From contig NC_086097.1 of the NCBI RefSeq assembly GCF_963921235.1, forward strand, positions 194,806,001 to 194,870,000: DNA of 64,000 bases, given 5' to 3'. The notes below the pieces were generated by a model. The model was not told the origin of the DNA, ran no database searches, and worked only from the letters and a program-made list of their open reading frames with translations. Position 1 is the first letter of the stretch. The number at the start of each line of letters is the position of its first letter. This DNA is from Mobula hypostoma. Its lineage: Eukaryota. Shown here piece by piece: positions 13,029 to 23,420 of this stretch. Both the position numbers and the translations under genes were made by a program.

Positions 13029-13735
13029 TCATCTTTTGCGTTCTGGACTTGCTTCTCTTTTACGCCCTTGTTTAATCACAGTAGATGGTTGATTTCTTGA
13101 TCTTGTAACTGATACTGGTGCTGGAGATTTTCCCAACTTTAAATCAGTTGTTGGTTTCTCTTTTGTGGAAGTCAGTGAACACTTTTCTTGCTCAATTACA
13201 GACAAATGCTCAGGACAGCTTACTTTCTTAGCTACACGAGTGGTTGGTTTATTCTGGCTACTTACATCACTGGTCAGGTTTCTTGCTTTATCTTCAACCT
13301 TTGTAGTCTTTTCTTGCGATTGTGTTGGACGTTCCTCCTCTTGTGCTTGAATTGGTGTGGCTTCAACAGGTTCATCCACTACAGCCGGATTCTCCTCTAA
13401 CTTGTCTTCAGATTTTATCAAATTTTCAATTTGCACCACGTTTCCTGGAGAAGCGTGTGCAATTTCCTTAGTATCCAGTCTGCTTTCTTTTAAGTGCAAC
13501 TGGGAATTTTCTATATCAGTTCCTTCATTATTAGACTGATCATTTTCAAATTTTTCACCAGACTTTGAGAATGTATTTTCAGATTTTTCTTCTGTACTAT
13601 TTGTTTCATTTTCTCCTAAGTGCCATTCCTTTAACTCGAAATGTACAATATCTTTTTTCCCTTCTACAATTTCTTCATTTTTGATATCTGTATGCAGACC
13701 AGCTTTAGATCCTGACTGATCATTCTCCACTGGGG
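13029..13735 (-). other. Captured foreign coding segment (E/K/S/T-rich, predicted disordered, basic NLS-like end)
   Basis: Stop-free 241-codon frame 13029-13754, AT-rich against GC-rich TE flanks, no TE motifs, located where RT/RNase H/integrase core should be. Confidence 0.7.
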
Positions 13736-14200
13736 GAGGACTGATTGCGGGCAAGAGGCATGGCAGAACAAGCTCCAGCTGACTATCTTCCCGGTGGACC
13801 AGTCGATGTGGGGGTTATGACGGCTTAGCCGAGAACTAAAGGGGCCTGAGGAGAGGAGATTAGATTGAACCGTATCTGTTCCCGTATCTGGTTTCCGGAG
13901 AGAAGGAGAAGCATGGTTTCCGTGCAGTGTGTGGCACGGGTCAGGGGTCTACCGTCTAGCGCATTGGCATCCGGGGGGGGAGGGGGGGTACACAGAGGCT
14001 CACGAGAAATACCGGCTTGGAGGGCTAGGTTTTCATTCAGGAAGTTTCCCTCTACGCCGGAGTCCACTAGCGCTAGCAGAGGCAAGGACTGTTGATTATG
14101 ACACAGAATGGCTTGAAGCTGCTTTTGGGGTCGAGGGACGACAGGGAAGGTTGTCTGACTCACCAGGGTCCCCACTGCTACTGGTGAGCACCTCCCCTTT
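13736..14200 (-). pseudogene. Retropepsin (aspartic protease) region of pol, -1 frame relative to gag, disrupted
   Basis: LALVDSGVEGNF...APLVLG then a stop; continues HNPHIDWSTGKIVSWS in another frame. Confidence 0.85.
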
Positions 14201-15209
14201 TTGGCAGAAGGGGACAGGAGGCAAGGAAGTGGCCAGACTGACTGCAATATAGACATTTGCCCACTCTCATTCTGCAGAGTCGTTCAGCGGGAGAAAGGCG
14301 GTTCCGCCCCAGCTGCATGGGTTCCTCTTCTGGGACGGCCGAATCAGCAGGGCTGGGAGCTACTCGGGATGCAGGAGGAGGAGAGAGGCTTGTTCTGGTG
14401 GGAGGCAGTAAAGAGAGAGGAGAAGTGGCCAAAGGTGCTGGACGACCAGCTCTCTCTCTACGGTTCTCCCAGAGGCGATTGTCCAACCTGGTGGCCAGGG
14501 AAATCAGGGAATCCAGGCTGTTGGAATCGTCTCTCACCACCAACTCGTCCTTCATCAGGTTGCTAAGTCCATTCAGAAATACCCCGTGGAGTGACTCATC
14601 GTTCCACCCCAAGTCGGCTGCTAATGTCCGGAACTCCACTGAATACTCAGTAACACTGCGGGAGCCCTGGCGGAGAATGAGTAGGCGCTTAGCGGCGTCT
14701 TTACCCCGGACTGGGTGATCAAAGACTATTCTCATCTCCGCAATGAAACTGGCGAAAGAGGAGCAGATATCAAGTTGGTTGTCCCAAACTGCTGTGGCCC
14801 ACACTAATGCATTTCCCCTTAGCAACCCAATGACATAGGCATCTTTAGACTTATCTGTGGGGTAGGTGGACAGCTGCTGCTCAAACACAGGGGAGCACTG
14901 AAGGAGGAAACCCCGGCACTTCCCCAGGTCTCCAGCATAGTGCTCCGGCTCTGGTACGTGAGGCTCTCTGGGCAGGGGTGTTGGTGAAGTTTGGGGGATT
15001 ACCGCTACAGGCTGTCTGGGCTGAGTTCCAGGAGTGGGTTGAGTGATATGAGGGGAGACACAGTCCACCTGGTTACCGATCTGTGTGACGTCAGCAGACA
15101 GGGATTGGAGTTTCTCCATGACCTCCTGGAGGAGTTGGTTGTGCTGTCCCAGTAGGGAACCCTGGCTGGCGAGGGCTTGTTGGATGGTGTTTGTGTCCGC
15201 TGGGTCCAT
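14178..15209 (-). CDS. gag: Gag (PEG10/RTL-like retrotransposon capsid plus CCHC zinc knuckle), 343 aa, open
   Basis: ATG MDPADT just inside the 5' LTR; PEHYAGDLGKCRGFLLQC, LRQGSRSVTEYSVEF, CLYCSQSGHFLASC. Confidence 0.88.
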   Translation of the reverse strand: MDPADTNTIQQALASQGSLLGQHNQLLQEVMEKLQSLSADVTQIGNQVDCVSPHITQPTPGTQPRQPVAVIPQTSPTPLPREPHVPEPEHYAGDLGKCRGFLLQCSPVFEQQLSTYPTDKSKDAYVIGLLRGNALVWATAVWDNQLDICSSFASFIAEMRIVFDHPVRGKDAAKRLLILRQGSRSVTEYSVEFRTLAADLGWNDESLHGVFLNGLSNLMKDELVVRDDSNSLDSLISLATRLDNRLWENRRERAGRPAPLATSPLSLLPPTRTSLSPPPASRVAPSPADSAVPEEEPMQLGRNRLSPAERLCRMRVGKCLYCSQSGHFLASCPLLPKRGGAHQ

Positions 15210-15225
15210 GTTGGCCAGATCGTTC

Positions 15226-15674
15226 TGTTGCGGGGAACGGGTGAACCCAAACGCAGGACACTGACACGGGGGTAGAGTAATCTGAAGAGTGTTTATTAAT
15301 GGTTGCAGGTAAGGCTGGGGAGTGAGGAAAGCAGAGGAATGAGCGAGGTTTGACCAAGGGACGAACCGGGTCACTGCGGTGGAAACGCAGCATTTAACCA
15401 CTGAGCCAGCGGAGAGTGTAGGCGGGTGTCGGGATGAGGCACAGCAGGGAAGCAGACGAGGGTGTGAGTGTGACTGGAGGAGAACAGCAGGCAGGAGGAT
15501 AAACGGGAAGGCAGGTGGCATGCAATGCTCCTGTTAACGCAGAGAGACAGAGTTAACACAGGCAAACAACAGCACAGAAACAAAACTTAGAATAAGCAAT
15601 TCTAAGCGGCCTAGAACGTGAAATACCACACTGGCTGAAGCAACGATCTGGCAATGAGTGGGTGGAAAGCCGGG
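15226..15674 (-). repeat. 5' LTR, U3 end deleted
   Basis: Homologous to 12148-12609; homology stops abruptly at 15674, where CR1 3' UTR begins. Confidence 0.88.
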
Positions 15675-15822
15675 CTTCGGTCAGGGTACCAAAGGATATG
15701 GCGAGAAGGCAGGTGTATGGGGTTGAGAGGGATCCAGGATCAGCCACGATGCAATGGCAGAGCTGACTCGATGGACTGACTGACCTAATTCTGCTCCTAT
15801 GTCTGACAGTCTTATGGTCTTA
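15675..15822 (+). mobile_element. CR1 3' UTR and tail
   Basis: AAAGGATATGGCGAGAAGGCAGG...CCTAATTCTGCTCCTATGTCT..TCTTATGGTCTTA. Confidence 0.8.
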
Positions 15823-16244
15823 CCAGACTCAATTGTGGTTGAAGCACGTATGATTGCACATTTTGGTGAAGAGGATGGCTCTAAGCTCTTCGTAAAGCAA
15901 TTTATTGTTGCAAGACAACTCCTTTGTATTCAGAAGTTCTTTAGTTTTTATTGTAATTCTGCAAATTATTTACACATTTTAGTCTGAATATGTGTTAGGT
16001 GGCTTCAGTAGGCTGTAAATCAGCCTGTCAAAGGCTTCAGATGGCTTTGTACAGCTAAACCTTTCCTCTGGCAAATATAAGAGCATAAGAACAAAGACAC
16101 AGAGAGAAGTGTTCTACCCCTTGAGACTTTACTGCTATTCAATAAGATAATGAGTAATCAATAATGAATCTTTGAATCTTAATTAGTGATCTGTAACCAG
16201 AGTCCACAGACTCATTTTTTCTCACATTACTCAATAGTACTTGT

Positions 16245-19180
16245 AGACAGTGCAAGAGGGAGGATAGGCAGGTGATAGAGAAGGGATGTGCTCAGACCAA
16301 TGGTTTGAGATGTGTCTATTTTAACGCAAGGAGTATTGTGAACAAAGTGGATGAGCTTAGAGCGTGGATCAGTACTTGGAGTTATGATGTTGTGGCCATT
16401 ACAGAGACTTGGATGGCTCAGGGACAGGAATGGTTACTTCAAGTGCTGGGTTTTAGATGTTTCAGAAAGGACAGGGAGGGAGGCAAAAGAGGCGGAGGTG
16501 TGGCACTGTTGATCAGAGATAGTGTAACGGCTGCAGAAAAGGTGGACGCCATGGAGGGATTACCTACGGAGTCTCTGTGGGTGGAGGTTAGGCACAGGAA
16601 AGGGTCAACATCTTTACTGGGTGTTTTTTATAGTGCCCAATAGTAACAGGGATATGAAGGAGCAGATAAGGAAGCAGATCCTGGAAAGGTCTAACAATAA
16701 CAGAGTTGTCGTGATGGGAGATTTTAATTTCCCAAATATCGATTGGTATCTCCCTAGAGCAAGGGGTTTAGGTGGGGTGGAGTTTGTTAGGTGTGTTCAG
16801 GGAGGTTTTGTGACACAATATGTAGATAAGCTTACAAGAGGAGAGGCTGTACTTGATTAGGTATTGGGAAGTGAACCTGGTCAGGTGTCAGATCTCTCAA
16901 TGGAAGAGCATTTTGGAGATAGTGATCATAATTCTATCTCCTTTACAATAGCATTGGAGGGAGATAGGAACAGACAAGTTAGAAAAGTGTTTAATTGGAG
17001 TAAGGGGAATTATAAGGCTATCAGGCAGGAAATTGGAAGCTTAAATTGGGAACAGATGTTCTCAGGGAAAAGTACGGAAGAAATGTGGCAAATGTTCAGG
17101 AGATATTTGTGTGGAGTTCTGCATTGGAATGTTCCAATGAGACAGGGAAGTTATGGTAGGGTACAGGAACCGTGGTGTACAAAGGCTGTTGTAAATCTAG
17201 TCAAGAAGAAAAGAAAAGCTTACAAAAGGTTTGGAGAGTGAGGTAGTGTTAGAGATCTAGAAGATTATAAGGCTAACAGGAAGGAGCCTAACAAGGAAAT
17301 TAGGAGAGCCAGAAGGGGCCATGAGAAGGCCTTGGCGAACAGGATTAAGGAAAACCCTAGGGTTTTCTTGGGCACTCTACAAGTATGTGAAGAGCAAGAG
17401 GATAAGACGTGAAATAATAGGACCTATCAAGTGTGAAGTGTGTATGGAACCGGAGGAAATAGCAGAGGCACTTAATGAATACTTTACTTCAGTATTCACT
17501 ATGGAAAAGGATGTTGGTGATTGTAGTGATGACTTGCAGCAGACTGAAAAGCTCGAGCATGTAGATATTAAGAAAGAGGATGTGCTGGAACTTTTGGAGA
17601 GCATCAAGTTGGGTAAGTCGCCGGGACCGGATAAGATGTACCCCAGGCTACTGTGGGAGGTGAGGGAGAAGATTGCTGAGCCTCTGGCGATGATCCTTGC
17701 ATCATCAATGGGGACGGGAGAGGTTCTGGAGAATTGGAGGGTTGCGGATTTTGGTCCTTTATTCAAGAAAGGGAGTAGCGATAGTCCAGGAAATTATAGA
17801 CCAGTGAGTATTACTTCAGTGGTTGGTAAGTTGATGGAGAAGATCCTGAGAGTCAGGATTTATGAACATCTGGAGAGGCATAATATAATTAGGAATAGTC
17901 AGCATGGCTTTATCAAGGGCAGGTCCTGCCTTATGAGCCTGATTGAATTTTTTGAGGATGTGACTAAACACATTGATGAAGGAAGAGCAGTGGATGTAGT
18001 TTATATGGATTTCAGCAAGGCATTTGATAAGGTACCCCCTGCAATACTTATTGAGAAAGTAAGGAGGCATGGGATCCAAGGGGACATTGCTTTGTGGATC
18101 CAGAACTGGCTTGCCCATAGAAGGCAAAGCGTGGTTGTAGACGGGTCATATTCTGCATGGACGTCGGTCACCAATGGTGTGCCTCAGGGATCTGTTCTAG
18201 GACCCTTACTCTTCATGATTTTCATAAATGACCTGGATGAGGAAGTGGAGGGATGGGTTAGTAAGTTTGCGGATGACACAAAGGTTGGAGGTGCTGTGGA
18301 TAGTGTGGAGGGCTATCAGAGGTTACAGTGGGACATTGATAGGATGCAATATTGGGTTGAGAAGTGGCAGATGGAGTTCAATCCAGATAAGTGTGAAGTG
18401 GTTCATTTTGGTAGGTCAAATATGATGGCAGAATATAGTATTAATGATAAGACTCTTGGCAGTGTGGAGGATCAGAGGGATCTCGGAGTCCGAGTCCATA
18501 GGACGCTCAAAGCTGTTGCATAGGTTGACTCTGTGGTTAAGAAGGCATACGGTGTATTGGCCTTCATCAATCGTGGAATTGAATTTTGGAGCCGGGAGGT
18601 AATGTTGCAGCTATGTAGGACCCTGGTCAGACCCCACTTGGAGTACCGTGCTCAGTTCTGGTCGCCTCACTACAGGAAGGATGTGGAAGCCATAGAATTG
18701 GTGCAGAGGAGATCTACAAGGATGTTGCCTGGATTGTGGAGCACGCTGTATGAGAATAGGTTGAGTGAACTCGGCCTATTCTCCTTGGAACGACGGAGGA
18801 TGAGAAGTGACCTGATAGAGGTGTATAAGATGATGAGAAGCATTGATCATGTGGATAGTCAGAGGCTTTTTCCCAGGGCTGAAATGGTTGCCACAAGAGG
18901 ACACAGGTTTAAGGTGCTGGGGAGTAGGTACAGAGGAGATGTCAGGGGTAAGTTTTTTACTCAGAGAGTGGTGAGTGCGTGGAATGGGCTGCCGGCAATT
19001 GTGGTGGAGGTGGATATGATGGGGTCTTTTCAGAGACTTTTGGATAAGTACATGGAGCTTGGAAAAATAGAGGGCTATGGGTAACCCTAGTAATTTCTAA
19101 GGTAGGGACATGTTCGGCACAACTTTGTGAGCCAAAGGGCCTGTATTGTGCTGTAAGTTTTCTATGTTTTTATGTTTCTA
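16245..19180 (+). mobile_element. Young CR1 LINE: almost complete ORF2 (APE endonuclease plus RT) with a few stops and frameshifts
   Basis: YFNARSI..AITETW..MGDFN..SDH (APE); DFSKAFDKV, GVPQGSVLGP, KFADD (RT); ORFs 16272-19084; (TTTCTATG)n tail. Confidence 0.95.
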
Positions 19181-19360
19181 CTGGTTATCAAATCTCTGTC
19201 AACATCAGATTCAAAATTAACAATCTGCGCCAATTGAGATTTGCTGTGTTACAAATTTATAGCACTCACTATGAGAAGAAGCATTTTTTTACTTTAGTCC
19301 TGAAAAGCTCATTCAAATTTTTTGACTCCTGGCATTAGACTTCCCAAACAGTGGATGTAG

Positions 19361-20185
19361 TGTAACACCCTGGTTAAGATTTTTACTGCTGTGCTGTAGG
19401 TATTTCATTTTAGCAGTTCTGTAAGAGCAGTCTGTTCTGCTTTTAGCATGTTTGGGCTTGAGCTAAAGATAAGAGGCTATGTTGTTCAACCTACCAATGT
19501 TGTGTCAGCCAATTAGGATGGTGGAATTGGGAGAAGGTTCTTGAGAATGCCGGTTGGAGAGATTTTCGTGAGGGACACTGGTTTGGGTTAAGGACTTTTT
19601 GGTGGGAGAAGACAGGAGGGAAGATGGCTGAGGATGCTATCCCTGTTGCACAAGGTGCTTTTTGCAGATGAATGGCTTCAAGGAGGAAGGACAAATATTC
19701 TGGTGGGGGAGTCCGTTTGTTCAAGATGGATTTCGAGCAACATTCAGAAGGTGGTGTGTGCCTTCACACAGGCTGTGGGTCTAGCATGTGAGTTAAAGAC
19801 AACTTCAAGATGAGCTCCAATTTATGTGCACATTTGGACTGGGTTAACTGTAATGGACCCTTTTCCTTTTCTTCTTTTCTTTTCCTACTAACTGTTTGGT
19901 AAAGTTGACATTTGCAAATATGTTTTCTTTATAGTTGTATACAGTGTGATCTGTTATTTCCTGCCAACGGCTAACTACGTTGAGGCAGTATGTACACAGT
20001 ATTAACACAGATTGGGGTTCGAGTGGTCAAGGCATCACATCTTCCCGGTTTTGGTGGGATCTAAGTCATACCAAATCTAGATGTATGGAGTTTGAGAATG
20101 GTGGTTTTCTCACCGCTGAGTCCAGTGGCTGCTAGCGAGGGGCTGATGAGCTGTGTCTAGAGGTGCCCAGTAAAAAGGGGTTTGA
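19361..20185 (+). mobile_element. Solo LTR (825 bp)
   Basis: Begins TGTAACACCC, ends GGGGTTTGA (degenerate); 4-bp TSD GTAG (19357-19360 / 20186-20189). Confidence 0.75.
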
Positions 20186-20516
20186 GTAGTTTCTCTTAAT
20201 ATCCTAACAATTCACCCTTTAATATTCTTACCTCCAGGAAATACAGACTCAGTTTCTATGACCAATCTTTGTAATTCTATTCTTGGAGTCCATGCATTAT
20301 TCTGGTCCCTCTTTGCTGCACTCTCTCTAAGGCCAAAATAAGTACCTTCAGATGTGATGTCTAGAACTGCTTATATATTCTAGGATTAGTCTGATAAAAT
20401 GTATTGTATACCTCTCTAGCACAACTTCCATGTATTTTTATTCCAGTCCTAAATAGTGGCATTCCATTAGCCTTTGGCTTACATTCTCTACTGTCTATAA
20501 CATTATCAGGAAAACA

Positions 20517-20851
20517 ATTGTTGTTCGTCCATCGTTGATGTGGATGAGGACCTCGACACCATAATGATGGTGTCGAGACTAGCGCGTGATTTGGATTTAA
20601 GTGAGGGACGGTTGCGCAGTGTCAGCCTCACTCTCTCTTCCCAATTCCCATCTGGGTCCAGTGGCAAGACAGAGTCTAGACGGCTGGAGATGGGACTAGG
20701 CGCAGTGGGTGACCAGGACATCTTCTGTGTCTTGTCCTGCTCTACACGTTCCACGACGCTTGCAGAGACCGCCTTCTTGACCGTTGGACCTTCCATTGGT
20801 CTCATCCGCTCAATACGCCAGAGTCTGTCTTCACATGCTGGGATAGGCAAA
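20517..20851 (-). mobile_element. RTE-derived non-autonomous element
   Basis: 10-bp TSD CAGGAAAACA (20507-20516 / 20852-20861); minus strand ends GGACGAACAACAA; 11-bp hairpin at 20552-20577. Confidence 0.75.
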
Positions 20852-20861
20852 CAGGAAAACA

Positions 20862-21215
20862 GTAAATACTGGAAATGTTCAACAGTTGAAGCAGCATTTT
20901 GATTAGTCAGGGTGTTAAAGGTTGCATGAGGAAGACAGGAGAATGTAGTTGAGAGAGATGATAAATCAGCCATGATGTAATGGCAGAGCACGCTCAACGG
21001 CCCGAATGGCCTAATTCTACTCTTAGTCTTACCTGAGGAATGAAAAGCAGAGTTAGCATTTCAGATTGGAAGCCTTTGTCAGAGTTCCTCAGTCTCTATC
21101 TGTAACTTTAAATCTGTTTCTCTTCCCACAGTTGTCACCTAAATTTTTTGAGTGTTTCTAGTGTTTTCAGATTTCCAGTATCTGGATGTTTTTTTTTGAA
21201 TTCCAGATTCTCAAG
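20862..21215. mobile_element. Old Penelope-derived fold-back fragment containing a CR1 3' tail (~20900-21031, +)
   Basis: Degenerate inverted arms ending ...GATTTCCAGTATCTG; the CR1 tail motif CCTAATTCTACTC is present. Confidence 0.5.
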
Positions 21216-21892
21216 GCACTTTCCACTTTTGCTTTTACACCACTTGGAAAATATTATGTTTTGTCTTTTATAGGTGCGGGCTACATCAAAATTGATTTTA
21301 TTCACCCTATTAGTGTGTTTTTACGCTTAATGTTTCCATCTGGGCTGTTCAACAGGCCATCTATAACATCATTAAAGGTGGATTTTCACCTTTTTATTCC
21401 ATTATTTACCACATTTGTAAGCGGAGGGGAATACTTGCAGTCCAAACACATATGCTTACAAACCATCCATAGTCACATCCTGCTAGTTTAAGTAGTCGTC
21501 TATTAACCCCATTCGGGATGTGAGAGGAAGGTTAACTACCGGTATCAATTTACCATTAGGTTCCAGTATTACAATCCCTGAGCTGGGTAACTTTGACCCA
21601 GTAATGCACTGATTCTCAACTGCAACCAATGCCACGTGCCCATGCCTGCTGTTCCTAATTGGCGATAAGTTTGAGGGAACAGTATTAGAGTCATAGGTTG
21701 TATATGGATTATGATTGAAAGCCTGGAAGAAGTGGAAGCTGTGAGATCTGGTTGTGATGCATCAAACTGAGGTGAATTATTACTGAAAAACATGATAACC
21801 TGCAGACACAGGAAATCTGAAACAAAAACAGAAAGTGCTTGAAAGACTTTAGTAATTCAAGGAAAATCTGTGGAAAGAGAAGCTGAAACATT

Positions 21893-22597
21893 GCAACACA
21901 CTCAGAAAGCTGGAGGAACTCAGCAGGCCAGGCAGCATCTATGGAAAAGAACAAACAGTTAACATTTCGGGCTGAGATCCTCTTGGCCTGCAACATCGAC
22001 TGTTCACTCTTCTCCATGGATGCTGACTGGTCTGCTGAGCTCCTCCAGTATTTTGTGTATGTTTCTTTGGATTTCCAGCATCAAGATCGTGAACACGGCG
22101 CAGCACATCACACAAAGCAATCTTCCATCTGCGGACTCACTTTACACCGCATGCTGTTGGAGCAGTGCTGCCAGGATAATCAAGGACACGACCCACTCAG
22201 CCAACACACTTTTCGTCCCTCTTCCCTCCGGGAGAAGGTTCAGGAGCTTGAAGACTCGTACAGCCAGATTTGGGAACAGCTTCTTTCCAACTGTGATAAG
22301 ACTGCTGAACGGATCCTGACCTGGATCTGGGCCGTAGCCTCCAAATATCCGGACCTGCCTCTTGGTTTTTTTGCACTACCTTACTTCCCATTTTTCTATT
22401 TCTATTTATGATTTATAATTTTAATTTTTAATATTTACTAATTTTAACTATTTTTAATATTTTTAATAATTAATATTTGTAATCCAGGGAGTGTGAAGCG
22501 CAGAATCAAATATCGCTGTGATGATTGTACGTTCTAGTACCAATTGTTTGGTGACAATAAAGTATGAAGTATAAAGTACAGATTTTCTTGTGTTTGT
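21893..22597. mobile_element. Penelope-derived inverted (fold-back) element with nested Rex1 fragment
   Basis: Inverted arms 21893-21985 / 21985-22070; TSD GAA(G/A)CTGAAACATT (21879-21892 / 22598-22611). Confidence 0.75.
22083..22577 (+). mobile_element. Rex1-type 3' fragment
   Basis: IVNTAQHIT..IIKDTTH..LPSGRRFRSLKTRTARFGNSFFPTVIRLLN; AATAAA plus AAGTAT repeats. Confidence 0.85.
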
Positions 22598-22939
22598 GAA
22601 ACTGAAACATTACCTGTGACTGCTTGGTTTTCCCAGCATTTCTGTATCAATCACTATTAGTCCTGATAGAGGTAAGTAGTAATTGACTTGTGGAACGTTG
22701 GACAGCATCTGAAATCAGAAATCTATTGATGACATGTGCCATTTGAGGATGCTTTCACTGACCTTGAATACCTTGCTGCACTGCACCCAGATCTTCTGGA
22801 TTTAATTCCTGGCATTGATTGCTACAGATATCAACTCCTACTGAAGAGGTAATCAGAAAGGCTGCTTGATGCCATTACAAATACATTACATCTCTTCTCC
22901 TGTCTGCCCGTCCAGCTAGACCTGGCTTATATAAGGTAT

Positions 22940-23420
22940 ATCTGTTCTCCTTATGAAGGCCAAATGCTCCTTGCCTATTTTGAAAGGTCATAGGTCAGAA
23001 ATTCCCAGACAACCCGTGGAGATGTTGCATTTCTTCAAGGAGGCTTTGATTCTCTTCCTCTGTCCAGATGTTAATCTCTTCCCATGAAAGAGCTCTGAAG
23101 AGACTTACTGCTTCAGGATATGTTTGTCATACATGAAAATAACATGTGAGATTCCCCCATTGTAGCTAACTGACTGAGACCAAGCTCCAGTGTTGGGGAT
23201 GTTGAATGTAAGAAGACAATACCATTGGTCTGCTTCTCCCTCCAGTGAACTTGGAGAATTTTGCAAAGACAACATTGGTGGTATTTTTCTAGTGTCTTGA
23301 CATGCCTGTGGTCTGGTAGAGGAAGTATATAGGAAAGCAGGGTTCTCTTCTTCCCAGTAGACAATGAGTTCTATGCCAGTTTTGGGGTCTTGATATTCAA
23401 CTGGCCAAAGCATGTGCTGG
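22940..23420 (-). mobile_element. Degraded RTE-clade ORF C-terminal fragment
   Basis: HQCCLCKILQVHW, SHVIFM, GKR..GQRKR..KASLKKCNI remnants. Confidence 0.55.

Larger units (their letters stand above)
12148..15674 (-). mobile_element. Non-autonomous Sushi/chromovirus-type Ty3/Gypsy LTR retrotransposon (gag, protease, captured segment, integrase tail)
   Basis: Two homologous LTRs, PPT GGGGAGCAGGGGGATAC (12864-12880, minus), PEG10/Sushi-like gag with CCHC, DSG protease, integrase tail KLKLPRSMRIHPTFHVSQLKP. Confidence 0.92.
16084..20505 (-). mobile_element. Ancient CR1-type 3' fragment split by a young CR1 and a solo LTR
   Basis: Pieces 16084-16243, 19181-19360 and 20186-20505 read as one continuous degraded CR1 3' end. 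Confidence 0.5.

Noticed and set aside
15210..15521. N-terminal 104 aa of the 447-aa ORF 14178-15521
   Set aside because: It is read-through of LTR sequence (the same text appears in ORF 11950-12456); the Gag-like protein starts at MDPADT (15209).
20506..20997. 163-aa and 120-aa overlapping ORFs
   Set aside because: They span junctions between three different repeats and have no recognisable domain.
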